Source: Rhina ancylostomus (lineage: Eukaryota). From it: a stretch of 61,791 bases of DNA. The position numbers and the translations under genes are program-made. Numbering within the stretch: position 1 is the first letter of the stretch; the number at the start of each line of letters is the position of its first letter. The DNA is taken from contig JARFYF010000022.1 in NCBI GenBank assembly GCA_030265395.1, forward strand, positions 21,725,442-21,787,232, read 5' to 3'. This document shows, one piece after another, positions 9,989-23,800 of the stretch. The notes beneath the pieces were generated by a model. It was not told the origin of the DNA and did no database searches. It worked only from the letters and a program-made list of their open reading frames with translations.

Positions 9989-12697
9989 TGAGGATGAGAG
10001 AGACACAGAGAGAGAGTTAGACTTTGAAATGGGTGGAGTGTATCATCTTTTGATACCGATCAATTGTCAGAGCGGTTGGATAAGTATTGGCTGTCCAGCT
10101 ATTGGGTGAGGACATGGATAAATTGACATGGAGTCTTGAGTTGTATAGGGTTATGGTACAGGTATGCATATAATACTGTGTGGAGTTCTGGGGAGTATTT
10201 AGACTTGGTAGTTGGTGTGCAGTATGGCCTTTGCAGCTTGGTTAGGGATGGGATGAATGATAAGGGATGGTAGTCAGGAGTGTAGGGAAGACTTGTTGGT
10301 GGGTGGATGGGTGGAGGGCATGCGATGGAGCCCCGGTAGTTGTGGTGGACATTCCTGGTGATCAGGAGGTTGGCTAGAATGACTAACTGGATCTGTAATT
10401 TGATTGGATAGAACACAGAAATGTAGCAGAATGTCATGAAATTTCCAGCCATATATGCTTTGAGACATGTTTACTGGACTATCTGGACATTTTCTGCACA
10501 CCTTTCATTGGTTTTGATTCCTCTCTAATGGAAGTCAATGCTTTTTCAAATGTGAAATCCTCTTAGTGCATTGCTGTCTGACATTTTTGGTTTTATAACT
10601 ATATAACTTCTAAAACAACATGATTAATGTTAGTTCAGTTGTAGGGATGGGATAGGAAAATCAATGCAAAATAATCCAAAAATATGTTGAAACTGGGATA
10701 TTTTATTTTATTAGTGCTTTTAACTTTGGTTTCAAAATTAATGATTATGCCTGGCCTTCATTTAATTTTTGGAGTGTAACGGATGACCCAACATATCTGC
10801 AAAAGTAACAGCTGCTCCATGTTGCTGGTATTTACCTTCATGACTGTGAGAAAGCCAGGGACTTTGGTACAAGTGCAAAATTCCCAAACTTCCACAGAGC
10901 TGGTCCCTGTTATCATTCAATATGTACTGTGACAATGGAGCAAGAATTTTCCAATTTCTCAGCTGTTATGCTGCATAANNNNNNNNNNNNNNNNNNNNNN
11001 NNNNNNNNNNNNNNNNNNNNNNNNNNNNNNNNNNNNNNNNNNNNNNNNNNNNNNNNNNNNNNNNNNNNNNNNNNNNNNNNNNNNNNNNNNNNNNNNNNNN
11101 NNNNNNNNNNNNNNNNNNNNNNNNNNNNNNNNNNNNNNNNNNNNNNNNNNNNNNNNNNNNNNNNNNNNNNNNNNNTTAAGATTAATGTTATAATTTGTTG
11201 TTAATCTCTGAGGTTTTTTTTTGGAGAATGGTTGCTCTAAGGGAGTTACAGGCCACTGGAGTGCATACAATGAAAACTATGGGAATGATAATATGGGTGT
11301 TACACTGAGCAAGTCACATTCTTCCCATATTTCCTAAATTGCCACCTAACTGGAAGCTTGCAAGTGTAACATGGGTGAATGATCCCTCTGATTTTACTGG
11401 AAAGTTTGCTTTATATTGGACATTATAGATAGAGCCTGGAGTGGACAATTTGGGTTACTATCATTTGCCAACTGTTGTGACAACTCAGGGAGATGATTCA
11501 TTGCATAAATTGCTTTGAGGCATTGAGGCATCGAGGCATCTCAGTGTGAAAGGAATTTTCTCTGAGGAATTTCTACAAATGCATACCATTGCAGTTATAA
11601 AATGGTAAAGGATCAGAGAACTCCAGTTCAGTGCCAACAGAATTACAGGTTTGAGATGTGAGTTGTAACCTCCCCAGAAATATATTTTGAAATTGAAAAA
11701 TTGTGCCAGATTGAATCAGATCTGCTTCATGAATTGCTGATAGTTGATACTTAAGGATGCAGCTATTTTCATGGTGAATATGATAGCATACCGCTAAAAT
11801 TACAAATGCTAACTAGAGATGATCCAAAATTAATTTGCTATTGGTGTTTTTGTACTAATTAGTAAAGTTTCTGAATTTTGTTGGTTTGCGGTTTTATTTA
11901 TCTAAAGAGATCAAGGCTGATTTAAAATAGCATGTTGTGTAGAGGTGACTGAATTTCTTTGAAAGCAGGGCACTAATTAAATTAGAAACATTCTGAGAAT
12001 ATCACTAATGCAATATGTGAAAATGAAACCATTTGAATGGGGTCTCTATTTAAAGAGTGGCAAGAATAAATAGGTTTCCTGATAAAAATTCTGCAGGTGA
12101 CCTTTACGTTAAATAACTGTTAAGAAATATCCACTGAAATCAGTTTGACTAACAGTAAAATGCAATTTAAAAGGTCATTTGCTTTTTTGGTCTTTTTATC
12201 TCAAAGTTGTTCCCGTCATTCTGTAGTTGGTGTTCTGACCCACTTAGACCCAGAAAACCAGTCACAATGTTTGGTTTCAATGCAAGCTAGCTACCGAAAT
12301 TGTTTAATTTTCTAAATGTTAATTTGCAAATGTGGGAGATCAGGGAGAAGTCAAATCTCCCTAACAACTATGTTTGCAAGAAGTGTGTCCAGCTGCAGCT
12401 CCCCTCAGACCGCATGGATTGTTTAGAGCAGAAGGTGGACTCAGTGAGGAGCATACAGGAGGCAGAAAGTGTTATAGATAGGAATTTCAGATAGGTGGTC
12501 AACCACAGGTTCAGGCAGATAGATGGGTGATGGCCAGGAGGGGCAAGCAGGTATTGCAGAAGTCCCCTGTTTCTGTCTCTTACAAGTATTTTAAATTNNN
12601 NNNNNNNNNNNNNNNNNNNNNNNNNNNNNNNNNNNNNNNNNNNNNNNNNNNNNNNNNNNNNNNNNNNNNNNNNNNNNNNNNNNNNNNNNNNNNNNNN

Positions 12698-12886
12698 AGT
12701 CCGCGCCGCCCATTTTAAACCCCAAATTAACCTACCCGTACGTCTTTAGATTGTGGGAGGAAACCAGAGCACCCGGAGGAAACCCACGCAGACATGGGAG
12801 AACATACATACTTACAGTGACGGGAATCGAACCCTGATCGCTGGCGCTGTAATAGTTGTGCTAACTGCTACGCTACCGTGCCGCCC
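12698..12886 (-). mobile_element. V-SINE (tRNA head, CR1-tail subfamily), young
   Basis: Reverse of gggcggcacggtagcgtagc...gggttcgattccc...ttctcccatgtctgcgtgggtttcctccgggtgctctggtttcctcccaca; same family as 59015-59262. Confidence 0.9.
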
Positions 12887-12985
12887 TTTTGCACACCGTT
12901 GAGGATGGTAGCCTCCCAGCGTAAAGCAACAGCAACTCCTAGATCAGAGGCACCATGGCTAGTTCTGTTGTACAGCTGGGTAGGT

Positions 12986-13085
12986 TGACTAGGTGAGAGA
13001 GAATGTCTGGGCTGGGTGGGGTCCTTGATTATGTTGGCTGCTTTACCGAGGCAGCGAGAAGTGTAGTCGGAGTCCATGGAGGGGA
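12986..13085 (-). mobile_element. Rex1/Babar LINE internal fragment
   Basis: Minus translation MDSDYTSRCLGKAANIIKDPTQPRHSL. Confidence 0.75.
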
Positions 13086-13145
13086 CTCTATAGTCAGGGC
13101 ACAGACAGATATTCCTGTGGCTACTAGAAACACTTCAGGTGGTGT

Positions 13146-14190
13146 AAATCAATAAATTGGTTTACTATTGTCACATGTACCGAGATGCTGTGAACAACTT
13201 TGTTTTGCATGTTATCCACACAGACCATTTCATCACATCAGTATATAGAGGTAGTTCAAGGGAATAGCAATAATAGAATGTAGAATAAAGTGATACAGCT
13301 ACAGATAAAGTGCAGAGTAGGCAGACAATGAGGTGCAAGGCCAAGACAAGCTAGATTGTGAGGTTAAGATCTTATCATACAAGGCAACCGTTCATTAGTC
13401 TTATAACAGCAGAATAGAAGTTGTCCTGAGCCTGGTGTTATATGCTTTCAGGCTTTTGTATCTTTTTCCCAGTGGGAGGGGGAAAAAGGGACAATGTCCA
13501 GGGTGGGTGGGATCTTTAATTATATTGGCTGCTTTACTGAGGCAGGGAGAAGTGTAGACAGAGTTCATGGAGGGAAGCCTAGTTTTGATGTGCTGAGCTG
13601 TGTCCACAACTCCCTGCAGTTTCTTATGGTCTTGAGCAGAGCTGTTGCCATACCAAGCCATAATGCCTCTGGATAGGACACTTTCTGTGGTGCATCTATA
13701 AAAATTGAGAGTCTATGGGGTTATGCTGAATTTCTTTAGCCTTCTGAGGGAGTAAGAGCGTTGGTGAGCTTTCTCGGCCGTTGGACTAGGACAGGCAATT
13801 GGTGATGTTCACTCCTATGAACTTGAAGCTCTCAACCCTCTCAACCTCAGCACCATTGATGTAAACTGGAGTGTGTGCACTGCCCCTTTTCCTGACGTCA
13901 ATGACGAGTTCATTTGTTTTGCTAACATTGAGGGAAAGGTTATTGTCATGACATCGTGTCACTAGGCTCTCTATCTGCTTCCTGTACTCCAACTCATTGT
14001 TATTTGAAATTCGGCTGCAGATGAAGTTAGAGCAGAATCTGGCCACTCAGTCATGAGTGTATAGGGAGTAAGTAGGGGGTCTGAGGATATAACCATGTGG
14101 GGCACCAGTGTTGTGATTGTGCTGGAGTTGTTTTCTATCCTTGTTGTTGTCCATCCTTGTTGACTGTGGTTTGTTGGTCAGGATGCCGAT
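13146..14190 (-). mobile_element. Rex1/Babar-type LINE, 5'-truncated (RT C-terminus + 3' UTR)
   Basis: NTGAPHGYIL..YSLYTHD; CHDNNLSLNVSKTNELVID; WYGNSSAQDHKKLQ; tail ggtacatgtgacaatagtaaacc on the minus strand. Confidence 0.9.
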
Positions 14191-15570
14191 GATCCCTGGT
14201 GCTAGGATCAAGGATGTCTCTGAGTGGGGACAGGAAATGAGGCTGGGGAAGTGGTTGATATCCTGGTTGGGGACCAGTGACCATAATTCTCTTAGTTTCA
14301 AGATTGGACTGGTCATCAAGTTAAATTCCTAAACTGGGGGAAGGTGATTGTGATGGTATCAGATAGGAACACCCAAAAGTTGGTTGGAAGAGGCTGTTTG
14401 CAGATAAAGGGATGACTGGCAAGTGGGAGGCTTTTGAAAATGAAATAAAAAAAGTTCAGGGCCAATGTGTTCCTGTTGGAGTGCAGGGTAAGGCTGGCCA
14501 GATTAGGGAACCTTAGTCGACTAGGATTTTTAAGGGTCTTTTCAAGAAAGAAGGAAGCATATGTCAGGTATAGACAGATGAGATCAAGCAAGTCCCTTGA
14601 ACAATATAAGGGATGTAAGGAAATTAGGGCATTAAAGGGCCATGAGATATCCCTGGCAGATGAGATAAAGAAGAGTCCTAAAATATTCTTTAAGTATATT
14701 GAGCAAAGGGGTAACAGAGAGAGAATAGGTCCCCTTAAGGATCAACGTGGTAATCTATCTGTGGAGCCACTGGAAATGGACAAGGTCTTAAATAAATATT
14801 TCTTATCTGCATTTACCATTGCAAAGGAAATGAAAGCTAATGAGTTCAGGGGAGGGAACAGTGACGTTCCAGAGAATTATTAAGGAGGAGGTGCTGGAGA
14901 TCCTGAAATGCATAAAGGTGGATAAATCCTAGGGACCTGAACAAGTGTATCCTGGGATGTTATGGGAGGAAGTTGCTGGGACCCAAACAGAGATTTTAGT
15001 AATTTTGTTAGCCATGGTGAGGTACCGGAAGACTGGAAGCAAGCTAATGTTGTACCTCTAAGAGGGGCAGCAAGGATATGCCAGGGGCTTACATCAGTGG
15101 AGGGAAAGGTATTGAGGAGGATTCTGAGAGACAGGATTTATTTGCATTTGGAAAGGCAAGGATTGATTAGGGAGAGTCAGCATGACTTTGTGTATGGGAA
15201 ATCATGTCTCGTGAACTTCTTTGAGTTTTTGAAGAGGTGACCAGGAGGACTGATGAGAGCAGGGTGCTAGATGTTATCTACGTGGACCTTGGTAAGGCCT
15301 TTTACAAGGTCCTGCATGGAGCTCTGATTGGGAACACTAGAACACATGGGATCCAAGATGAGTGAGTGAACAGTATACAAAATTACCTTAGTAGTAGGAG
15401 GCAGACATGGTAGTGGAGATTGTTTTTCAGATTGGAGGCCTGTGACCAATAGTGTGCTGCATGGATTGGTGCTGGGTCCTCTGTTGATTATTATAATTAG
15501 TAATTTGGATGTGAATGTAGATGGCGTGATTAGTAAGTTTACAGATGACAACCAAAATTGGTGGTGTAAT

Positions 15571-16066
15571 CATAGACTCATAGAACAGTACAGCACAATA
15601 TAGGCCCTTCGGCCCAAAATGTTGTGTTGACCTTTAAACCTTGCCTAAGACTATCTAACCCCTTCCTCCTACATATCCCTCTATTTTAAATTCCTCCATA
15701 TGCTTATCTAGCAACCTCTTGAATTTGACCAATGTATCTGCCTCCACCACCGCCCCAGGCAGTGCATTCCATGCCCCAACCACTCTCTGCATAAAAAAAT
15801 CTCCCTCTGATATCTCCCTTGAACTTCTCACCCATTACTTTGAAGCCATGCCCTCTTGTATTGAGCATCTGTGCCTGGGAAAGAGGCACTGGCTGTCCAC
15901 TATATCTATTCCTCTTAATATTTTGTACACTTCTATCATGTCTCCTCTCATCCTCCTTCTCTCCAAAGTGTAAAGCCCTAGCTCCCTTATTCTCTCCTCA
16001 TAATCCATACTCTCTAAACCAGGCAGCATCCTGGTAAATCTCCTCTGCACCCTTTCCAATGCTTCC
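15571..16066 (-). mobile_element. CR1 3' fragment (young), inserted antisense in the host CR1
   Basis: ALERVQRRFTRMLPG...LERRRMRGDMIEVYKI, TRGHGFK; begins with the reverse tail catagactcatagaacagtacagcac. Confidence 0.9.
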
Positions 16067-17049
16067 ANNNNNNNNNNNNNNNNNNNNNNNNNNNNNNNNN
16101 NNNNNNNNNNNNNNNNNNNNNNNNNNNNNNNNNNNNNNNNNNNNNNNNNNNNNNNNNNNNNNNNNNNTTGGGTAGACAGAGTGGCAAAGAAGGCATACAG
16201 CATGATTGCTTTCATCAGCTGAGACATTGTGTTAGAGTTGGGATGTCATGTTACAGTTGTACAAAGCATTGTTTAGGCCACAGTTGGAGTATTGTGTGCT
16301 GTTCTGGTCACCACACTACAAAAAGTGTAATTGAGATATAGATTCACAAAGATGCTGCCCAGATCAGAGAGCTTGAGTTATAAGGAGAGATTGTATGCAC
16401 TGGGTCTGTTTTCCCTGGACCCAAGGATGCTGAGAGGTGACATGATAAGGCATACAAAATTAAGAGAACCATATATAAGGTAGATAGAAAGAGTCTTCTT
16501 TCCCATTGTTAGGGGTGGCCAAAACCAAAGGGCATAGGTTTAAGGTGAGAGGAGGTTTACTGGTGATCTGCAGAGTAAATTTTTCACACAGTGAATAGTT
16601 GGTACCTGGAATGAGCTGCCAGAGGAGATGGTGGAGGCAGGAATGGTAACACTTTTAAAAGGCATCTGGACAGTTACTTGAATGACCAGGGCACAGAGGG
16701 ATGTGGAATTAATGCAGGCAGTGAGATTTGTATATAGTTGTGATGGTTGGCATAAATGTGTTGGGCCAAAGGGTCCATTTCTGTGCTGTACAGCTCTATA
16801 ACTCTATACTCCTTGTGATTTCCCTGTTCTTTGTTTAATTGTTGTCTCACTTATGGGAGATCACTTACCTTAATCTCTGGTGGGGAACCCATGGATGTGG
16901 GTGGAATAATAGGTTTATCAATAATAATTTCTGTGTTGTGCAAAATTGGACAGTGTGTAGTCAGCATTGTGCATGATTGTATCATTTTAATTTAAAATGG
17001 CTCCTCATAATATGATGTTTGTAGTAAAGAATATGGTACACATTGTGTG

Positions 17050-17100
17050 TTGCAGTCACTGTTGCAATGTAGGAAAATGCAGCAGCCAATTTGTGCAGAA
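17050..17100 (-). mobile_element. SacSINE1/DeuSINE short relic
   Basis: gcagtcactgttgcaatgtaggaaaatgcagcagccaatttgtgca; reverse-similar to 60025-60070. Confidence 0.6.
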
Positions 17101-17749
17101 ACATTGTGGAATCACTTATTCCTTTCATCCTTCATATGCTGGATGTTAGATTGGTGTTCATGGATGTAAAGCTGTTTTAACAGAAACACTCAGATCATGG
17201 TTCTTTTCACTGAAATTATCTTTATAAGCAGATTGTATAAGAAACAAAGCACTTGAAAATGTATCTTTAGTTGATTGTGCTAAATGTGCCACTTTATAGA
17301 GGCAGCATATTGCACTCCACTTGCAAAATTCAGACAGGCAGAGTTCAATGCAATTTCACGCCATGGACTAGGTTTGAATTTTTAGGCAACCTGTCCAGGA
17401 TACTTTAAAAACCTGCTTGGTCAAACTAACAGTAACAGTTTCAATCTTCAGAACTCTTCTTCACATTGGACTAGGACTGATGTCCAAAGCACTCTCAGTG
17501 AGGAAAGTTTAAATAATCTTTGTGTCCAAGGATTGCAATTTAATTTTAAAATGTTGCAAAAATTTGTTAATATGTAATTAAAGGTAATTTTTCAAAAATA
17601 TAGAAAACAAACAGGAAAAAAGATGTGCAATATGAAGATCCTTCATGTTTGTTACAAGCACATCTTAATGAATTGATTCCTAGGTGTATGCCACAACTCA
17701 GAACTGTTCATAGTTGGTTCAAGTCTTATTGGGGTTACACTTACTGACA

Positions 17750-18560
17750 TGTATTGGGCATTCTATTTCAACACGGTACTAAATCACTTACCATAACGAT
17801 CCAAGATATATCCACAGTTACTACCTTCCTTGTATCCTTCCTTCCTAATTTGGACCCTGACTGCTCACGTTTCTTTAGCACAACCCCCTTTGTCCTATCT
17901 ATGTTGTTGGTCGCCACAAGAATTAAAATGACCCTATCATTCCCCTCCATGTCAAATTCAGTTCCAGTCCCAAGGAGATGTGCTTCACCCTCATATGGGG
18001 CAGGCAACACAGCCTTCGGCAGAGAAGCTAATGGCTGCGGAGAATAATATCTATCCCCTTAACCTTCCTGCCTGCTACTGTACACTACATTTCCTTACAG
18101 TGCCCAGCTTGAATGACCCCTGTACCATAATGCTGTGATCAGTTTGGTCTTCCATTCCACAGTCCCTGTGCTCTTCTCTACACAGACTGGAATGCCTGTT
18201 GGGCAAGTGCAAAGAATGAGATTCCTCTGATGCTACCCTCTGGATACTCGTACCTGCCTCACTCATAGTCAAACCACCAATTCCTCCAGTGTGCCCATTT
18301 CTACATTACCGAATCCAAGAGCTATGACTACCTCCTGAAACAAAGTACACTTTAACTTTCTACCTGCCTGATGCATCACTGTGTCCAAAATCTTGGAGTC
18401 CAGCTCATCAACTTTCAGCCAAAGTCTATCAAAGTACAAACACTTAATACAAATATGGTCACCATGGATCCCAAAAGTTTCCATCAACTTTAACATACTA
18501 CAAACAGTACCTGCTCAAACATGTCTGTTTAAAATAATTTATTTACTAATTTAATCAAAG
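17750..18560 (-). mobile_element. CR1 ORF1 relic
   Basis: Minus ORFs GDHICIKCL..LKVDELDS (zinc finger) and VILILVATNNI...GSKL (esterase block). Confidence 0.7.
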
Positions 18561-18994
18561 CTCTAACCTCACTCAAGTCCCTCACTTAGAAATCTACAGT
18601 CTGTTGCTGCACATTAAGGACACTATGCTCAAAAGATTCTGTATTTTCAGCTGACCCACAATCTTATTTCCCAATTACCATTACTTTGGAGTCAGAAATG
18701 GAATTAACCAATTCCAGTTGGTTACCCAAGTGCTTGGGAGACTAAAGATTACTTGTTACTTATGATTTTATATCATTGTAATTTTAATCTATAAGAGAAT
18801 ATAACTGTAAAATCAAATTATGTAAATACATGTTTTAAATTGAAAATAAAATCATTGCCTAATTGCCTTGTGCTCCAAAATCCGCACTCCATGGATACAT
18901 CTCTGAGGATTCTGCAGTAAAAACATGCTCTGCTTTTTAGCTGGTCCATAGACTTACTGCATCTCAGTGGGTTATTTGTTAAGTATTTTCTGAG

Positions 18995-19060
18995 AGGCAT
19001 ACAGAATGGAAACAAGCTATTCAGTCCACCACATCCATGCTGACCAGTGAGCACCCATAT
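18995..19060 (-). mobile_element. CR1-type 3' tail fragment
   Basis: catacagaatggaaacaagctattcagtccaccacatccatgctgacc. Confidence 0.55.
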
Positions 19061-19232
19061 TTATTATCTTCTTGGGCCTTTCTGTCCTGACCATGTGCAA
19101 TTCATAACTGGGACAGTTCAGTTTGGGAGTTTTTTGCATGTTAGCAGAAGTGAACCAACATCTACATGTTTGCTGTGTGATCTTTAACATGGAAATCAAT
19201 GACTTTGCTCAAGAAATACAGCTCTGGAATTA

Positions 19233-19445
19233 AGATATCTTTATTAGTCATGTGTACATAGAAACACACAGTGGAATGCATCTTTTAGCGTAGAGTGTTC
19301 TGGGGGCAGCCCGCAAGTGTTGCCACGCTTCCGGCGCCAACATAGCATTCCCACAACTTCCTAACCCGTACGTCTTTGGAATGTGGAAGGAAACCAGAGC
19401 ACCCGGAGGAAACCCACACAGACACGGGGAGAACATACAAACTCC
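19233..19445 (-). mobile_element. V-SINE (Rex1/Babar-tail subfamily), head in N gap
   Basis: V-domain ggaaaccagagcacccggaggaaacccac...ggggagaacatacaaactcc plus distinct tail tttattagtcatgtgtacatagaaacacacagtggaatgc. Confidence 0.88.
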
Positions 19446-22400
19446 NNNNNNNNNNNNNNNNNNNNNNNNNNNNNNNNNNNNNNNNNNNNNNNNNNNNNNN
19501 NNNNNNNNNNNNNNNNNNNNNNNNNNNNNNNNNNNNNNNNNNNNNNNNNNNNNNNNNNNNNNNNNNNNNNNNNNNNNNNNNNNNNNNNNNNNNNNNNNNN
19601 NNNNNNNNNNNNNNNNNNNNNNNNNNNNNNNNNNNNNNNNNNNNNNNNNNNNNNNNNNNNNNNNNNNNNNNNNNNNNNNNNNNNNNNNNNNNNNNNNNNN
19701 NNNNNNNNNNNNNTCTTTCTACAAGTACCACTATTTCTCTAGCCACCCATAACAGGAATTATTGGTGATGACATGCATCAACAACTACAAATGGCCCATC
19801 TTCAAGTGTTGGTCAGCGTGGAGACCACCATAATCCAAATGAATCTTGTATTGGCGTTGTATCTAAACATGCAAAAATGAACCTATGCTTTCTAAATAAT
19901 GACCTCTGTCATAAAGACAATCTGAAAGCCATAGGAAAGGATTTCCTATCCTTTCAAAATGGGGTAAAATTATATTTGATCATTTCACTCACCACTACAC
20001 AAACTATAACCCAAATCACATATCATTCCTGAAACTTTCCTAGTTTTTCTTGTTCCATGTCACTCTGTTGTGTTATTATTGAGTCATCAGAGATCATGGG
20101 TTCTTCATTTTGTATGTATACTGTATTTCATACATTGCAGAGGATTGGATGTAACAAATTGTAGAAAAATAATTAGTAGCTGAACCATAAAGTCAAAAGA
20201 TTTCATTTATGAAAATGTCATGTTATTAGTGTTATTAGTCTTACAGGTTTGGGAAACAAAATACTTTTGGCAAGTTCATTTTTCAGCAATGCATATGTTT
20301 TCATTCACATTGCATGTTATGCTTTTTCACATTTGGATATGCTAAATAAATGTGCTATTTCAATGTCAGCCATTTTCTTTCATGTTATCCTTTAATTTTT
20401 ATTCCTAAATTGTAATTGATTTGAGCACCAATATTGTTTTCACTTTTTGAGAAGTGAAATATAGCACCAGAAGAAAGGCTGGCTTATTGATGAAGAGGTT
20501 GGACATCCTGACAATGTCAGCATGGAGACCAAGAGCTTACATATAGTAACAAACGAAAGGCCACTTGTGAAGTCACAAAGGAGATGGTATGGAAATAAGG
20601 AATAGGAAAACAATGAGGAAGGAACAAAAGACATTTGTTCTTGATGTTAGGGCTGCACTGGAACTGCAAAGGGTAGTCCATGAAGCAGATCATTTATGTC
20701 AAATCGCAATATGCAAAGAGAAATGTACTAGACAGTTTGGAAAATACCAATGGTGACTTTGGTTCAGGCATTCCCAATTCATTGGGATTTAAACTGGTAC
20801 AAAACAAGGAATTGCATCAGAGATGGCCATATATTTGCAACGTATTCAATAAGTTCCAGGAAGAAGAGGAATTAAGAGAGAAAGTAGGAATTTGAGAAGA
20901 CAAAATGATTGAGGGTGAGATTTTTAAAATTGAATATTAAACAATGAACCATAATTTTGTGGAGCACGATATTTGAACTTACACACATCTCACCATTTTG
21001 TTGTACATCCTGTATGAATAACTATTGTTAGATATGAGCTTTAAGTCCTCATAAATAAGTGAACAAATTTATATAAATTGAATATTATTATTGAAAATTC
21101 AACTTTTATAAACATAGGGTTTCCCTTAGATTTATAAGGGCCAGCATTGAATTACTTTGTGCAAAGTCCAATTCAGGAATTTAATAAATGATAATAGTAC
21201 AGAATTCTTCATTCTGTGGTGAAATATTTTTATTTGAGGTTGAGAGATTACAGTAGCGTTAATTCTTCACTTTCCCTCTACCGGCCTCTTTACAAACTGA
21301 TCTCTGCATATCCATGACCATCTCATGGACCAATCCACCAATGATCTGATGACTCATGACTTCTCGCGAGGCTGACCCTTCTCCAAATGCATTGGTTTAA
21401 ATGGTCTGCTAGTCATCGTCTGCTGTTGACTGACGAGCCCACCCTACCCTGAATGGGCTGCTGAAAAGATCTTACTTTCAAAGTACAATCCAGTTAGCCA
21501 TTATCAGCTTTAATTGCAGTTTTCTTTAGATCGAATACTAAATTTCACACTCCCTATCTTGCAATCTAAGCAAACAGAACTTCAGGTTGTTCTATAGCCC
21601 CTCTGTTTGGTAACTGTGGTGCAATTTTAAAGTCACAACTTGTATTCAAGTTGTATTCTATGTGGTCAATACTTACACTGGGTTTACATTTACAACAGGG
21701 TTTCATTTAAAATAAGTAGTTACAAAAGAGTTACATATTTATGATGGGGTTACATTTCAGGATGGCAAATGCAAATTCCAAGACTTGTGTTCCTTTTGAT
21801 TGCACTCATTTTGTCATTCATTTGTTGAAAGTTTGAGGTAACACTGTTGCTGAAACATGAAATGCCTTGACACAGTGGAGTTTTGATTGTAGCAGCTTGG
21901 ATAGTTAAGGTACACTTCTAATAGTTTTTAACTCAAGAGCCTTATGACTTCTTTACTTTTCCAAAAGCTTTGAGCACAAAACCAAGCTTCTTGGTGCTCT
22001 TGTTCTTCTATTTTCTTAATGTTCTAGCTTTGTGGGTACCCCAAAACCACAAAGAAGAACAGTTGCTTAATGTTAGTAAATGCATTCTCTTTTTCTCACA
22101 GATTGTACATTTACAGAGCCCTTGATTTTCTTAGGGCATACTGCAATATTAAATTTCGGTCAATTTCTGGATATGCAGGCAACAGACTGCTTTACTGAAC
22201 AGTCATTCAGCTCTATAACTCTTGGTACATTTTGTCACATGCTTCCTGCAGACACAGATAAAAATAGAACCCTTATATTAAAATGTTCACAATTAATGTG
22301 GGAGATATATTAGAAATAGTTTCATCCATCAAAGTAGTTTTATATATTTTTCTCTGCAATTGACTCATCAAGTTGTCCAACACTAACTTAAGTAATATTA

Positions 22401-23662
22401 TTCTGACAATCATGAGAACACTGAGTCATTGTTTAAAACCAATTTAACTCTTTGTTTACCAGGGATAAAAAAATAAACCCTTCAAAATTACAGCTCATGT
22501 ACAAGTTTGAAGTAAGTAAGATTATGGTGAATAGAGCAATGTTAAATGACCACAGTAAAAATTTGTCTGCAAATATCTATGTGATTTCTATCTCTTAATC
22601 AAACCAAAATAAATATTCCTCTCAGAGAAGAGTGACCTGCCTTGTGTTTGTGAGGTATTTCAATCAATCAGATATTAGAATAAGTGGTCTTTATCCAAAA
22701 TGGGTAATGATCCTTCATTATATACCTGTTCTTATTCAAGTTTCAAGACAAGCAGTATCACTAGTAAGCATCTGTGGATGTATAATAAAACTTTAAAAGA
22801 AGTTTATGCTATTCATTTTTGTTATCATTGATTAAATCTTTTATTCACTCTGTTGGATTTCCAGAAGCCCTGCTTTAATAAAACCTTCACTTTAATTCTA
22901 TGTCTTTTTGTTCCTTAGCTACCATTTATGTCAGCAAAAAGTTACCATGGATAAGGAATCCATAAATAAACAACATTATATTTCCCAGTTCACTTTGCAC
23001 TTGACTGCAATAATGAAGCTAGCAATGGAAATGCTATAAATATATATCTTGATAGAAACTGACAGATGATACCCTGATCCTGAGAGCCATTACTGGAAAG
23101 TGTACTAGAAACTGTCACTTTATTGTCCATAATGTCCAGAAATGTATAATATAGAACTTTGCTGGCAGCTTACAAACTGACAGAAGTGTTATTGAATGCT
23201 GGATAAAATCATTGACATCAGCTTTGACGCATTCAGTAATACTGTTCAGATAAGACCTTATTCATTCAGGTACCTAGAACTTTTCCTACATCATACAAGT
23301 AAAAATTTCCCCAGGCTTTGCTTCATAGATTTTGCAGATAGCAGTAAAGTGTTGATCTTAATGATAGCTGCCCTTGAAGATTTACTGGGCTCTGTAGCAT
23401 TGCTTATCCCATTTCCAACGTATTCCCAATCTAGTGGCAGCAATTGCATCCAGGACTGGTGATGTCATCAAGCTGCATATGAAGCCAATCCATTTTCAGA
23501 ATCTCAGTCAGCAAACCAGGAGGTAAAACTAATAAAAAAAAACTTTAAAATGAAAGATCAGAATATAAACACAGAATTCAGGGAGAATCTGAAATATAAT
23601 AAAGTTTTTAATCATGCAATGAGAGGATGAAACTTCACACTTATAAGATTAGCAAAAAACCA

Positions 23663-23800
23663 TTCAAAGTCAAAGTCAGAGTTTATTGTCATTTGCACAG
23701 GCGCAGCAGCATCACAGGCAGATAGCATCATACAAGCAGCAGTCACAAGAAAAACATAAACTAAACATAAACTATACACTATCTCTACATTCAAAACAGT
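23663..23800 (-). mobile_element. Rex1/Babar-like LINE 3' end
   Basis: ttcaaagtcaaagtcagagtttattgtcatttgcacagg: short-repeat tail preceded by atgacaataaa on the minus strand. Confidence 0.5.

Larger units (their letters stand above)
12330..16810 (+). mobile_element. Fragmented CR1 LINE hosting four nested insertions
   Basis: ORF1 pieces 12330-12597 (YVCKKCVQL), 12887-12985, 13080-13145 (GDSIV), 14191-14225 (PGARIKDVSE); ORF2 14240-15570 (SDHN, VPEDWKQANV, QHDF, DDN) and 16168-16810 with tail ctgtgctgtacagctctataactctatact. Confidence 0.85.

Noticed and set aside
11517-11540. gaggcaty x3 tandem (and caaattactg x2 near 48157)
   Set aside because: Short slippage duplications; no spacers, not an array
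21346-21400. CTGATGA as a possible hammerhead core (also 54899-54905)
   Set aside because: No stem II followed by GAAA and no closing stem I
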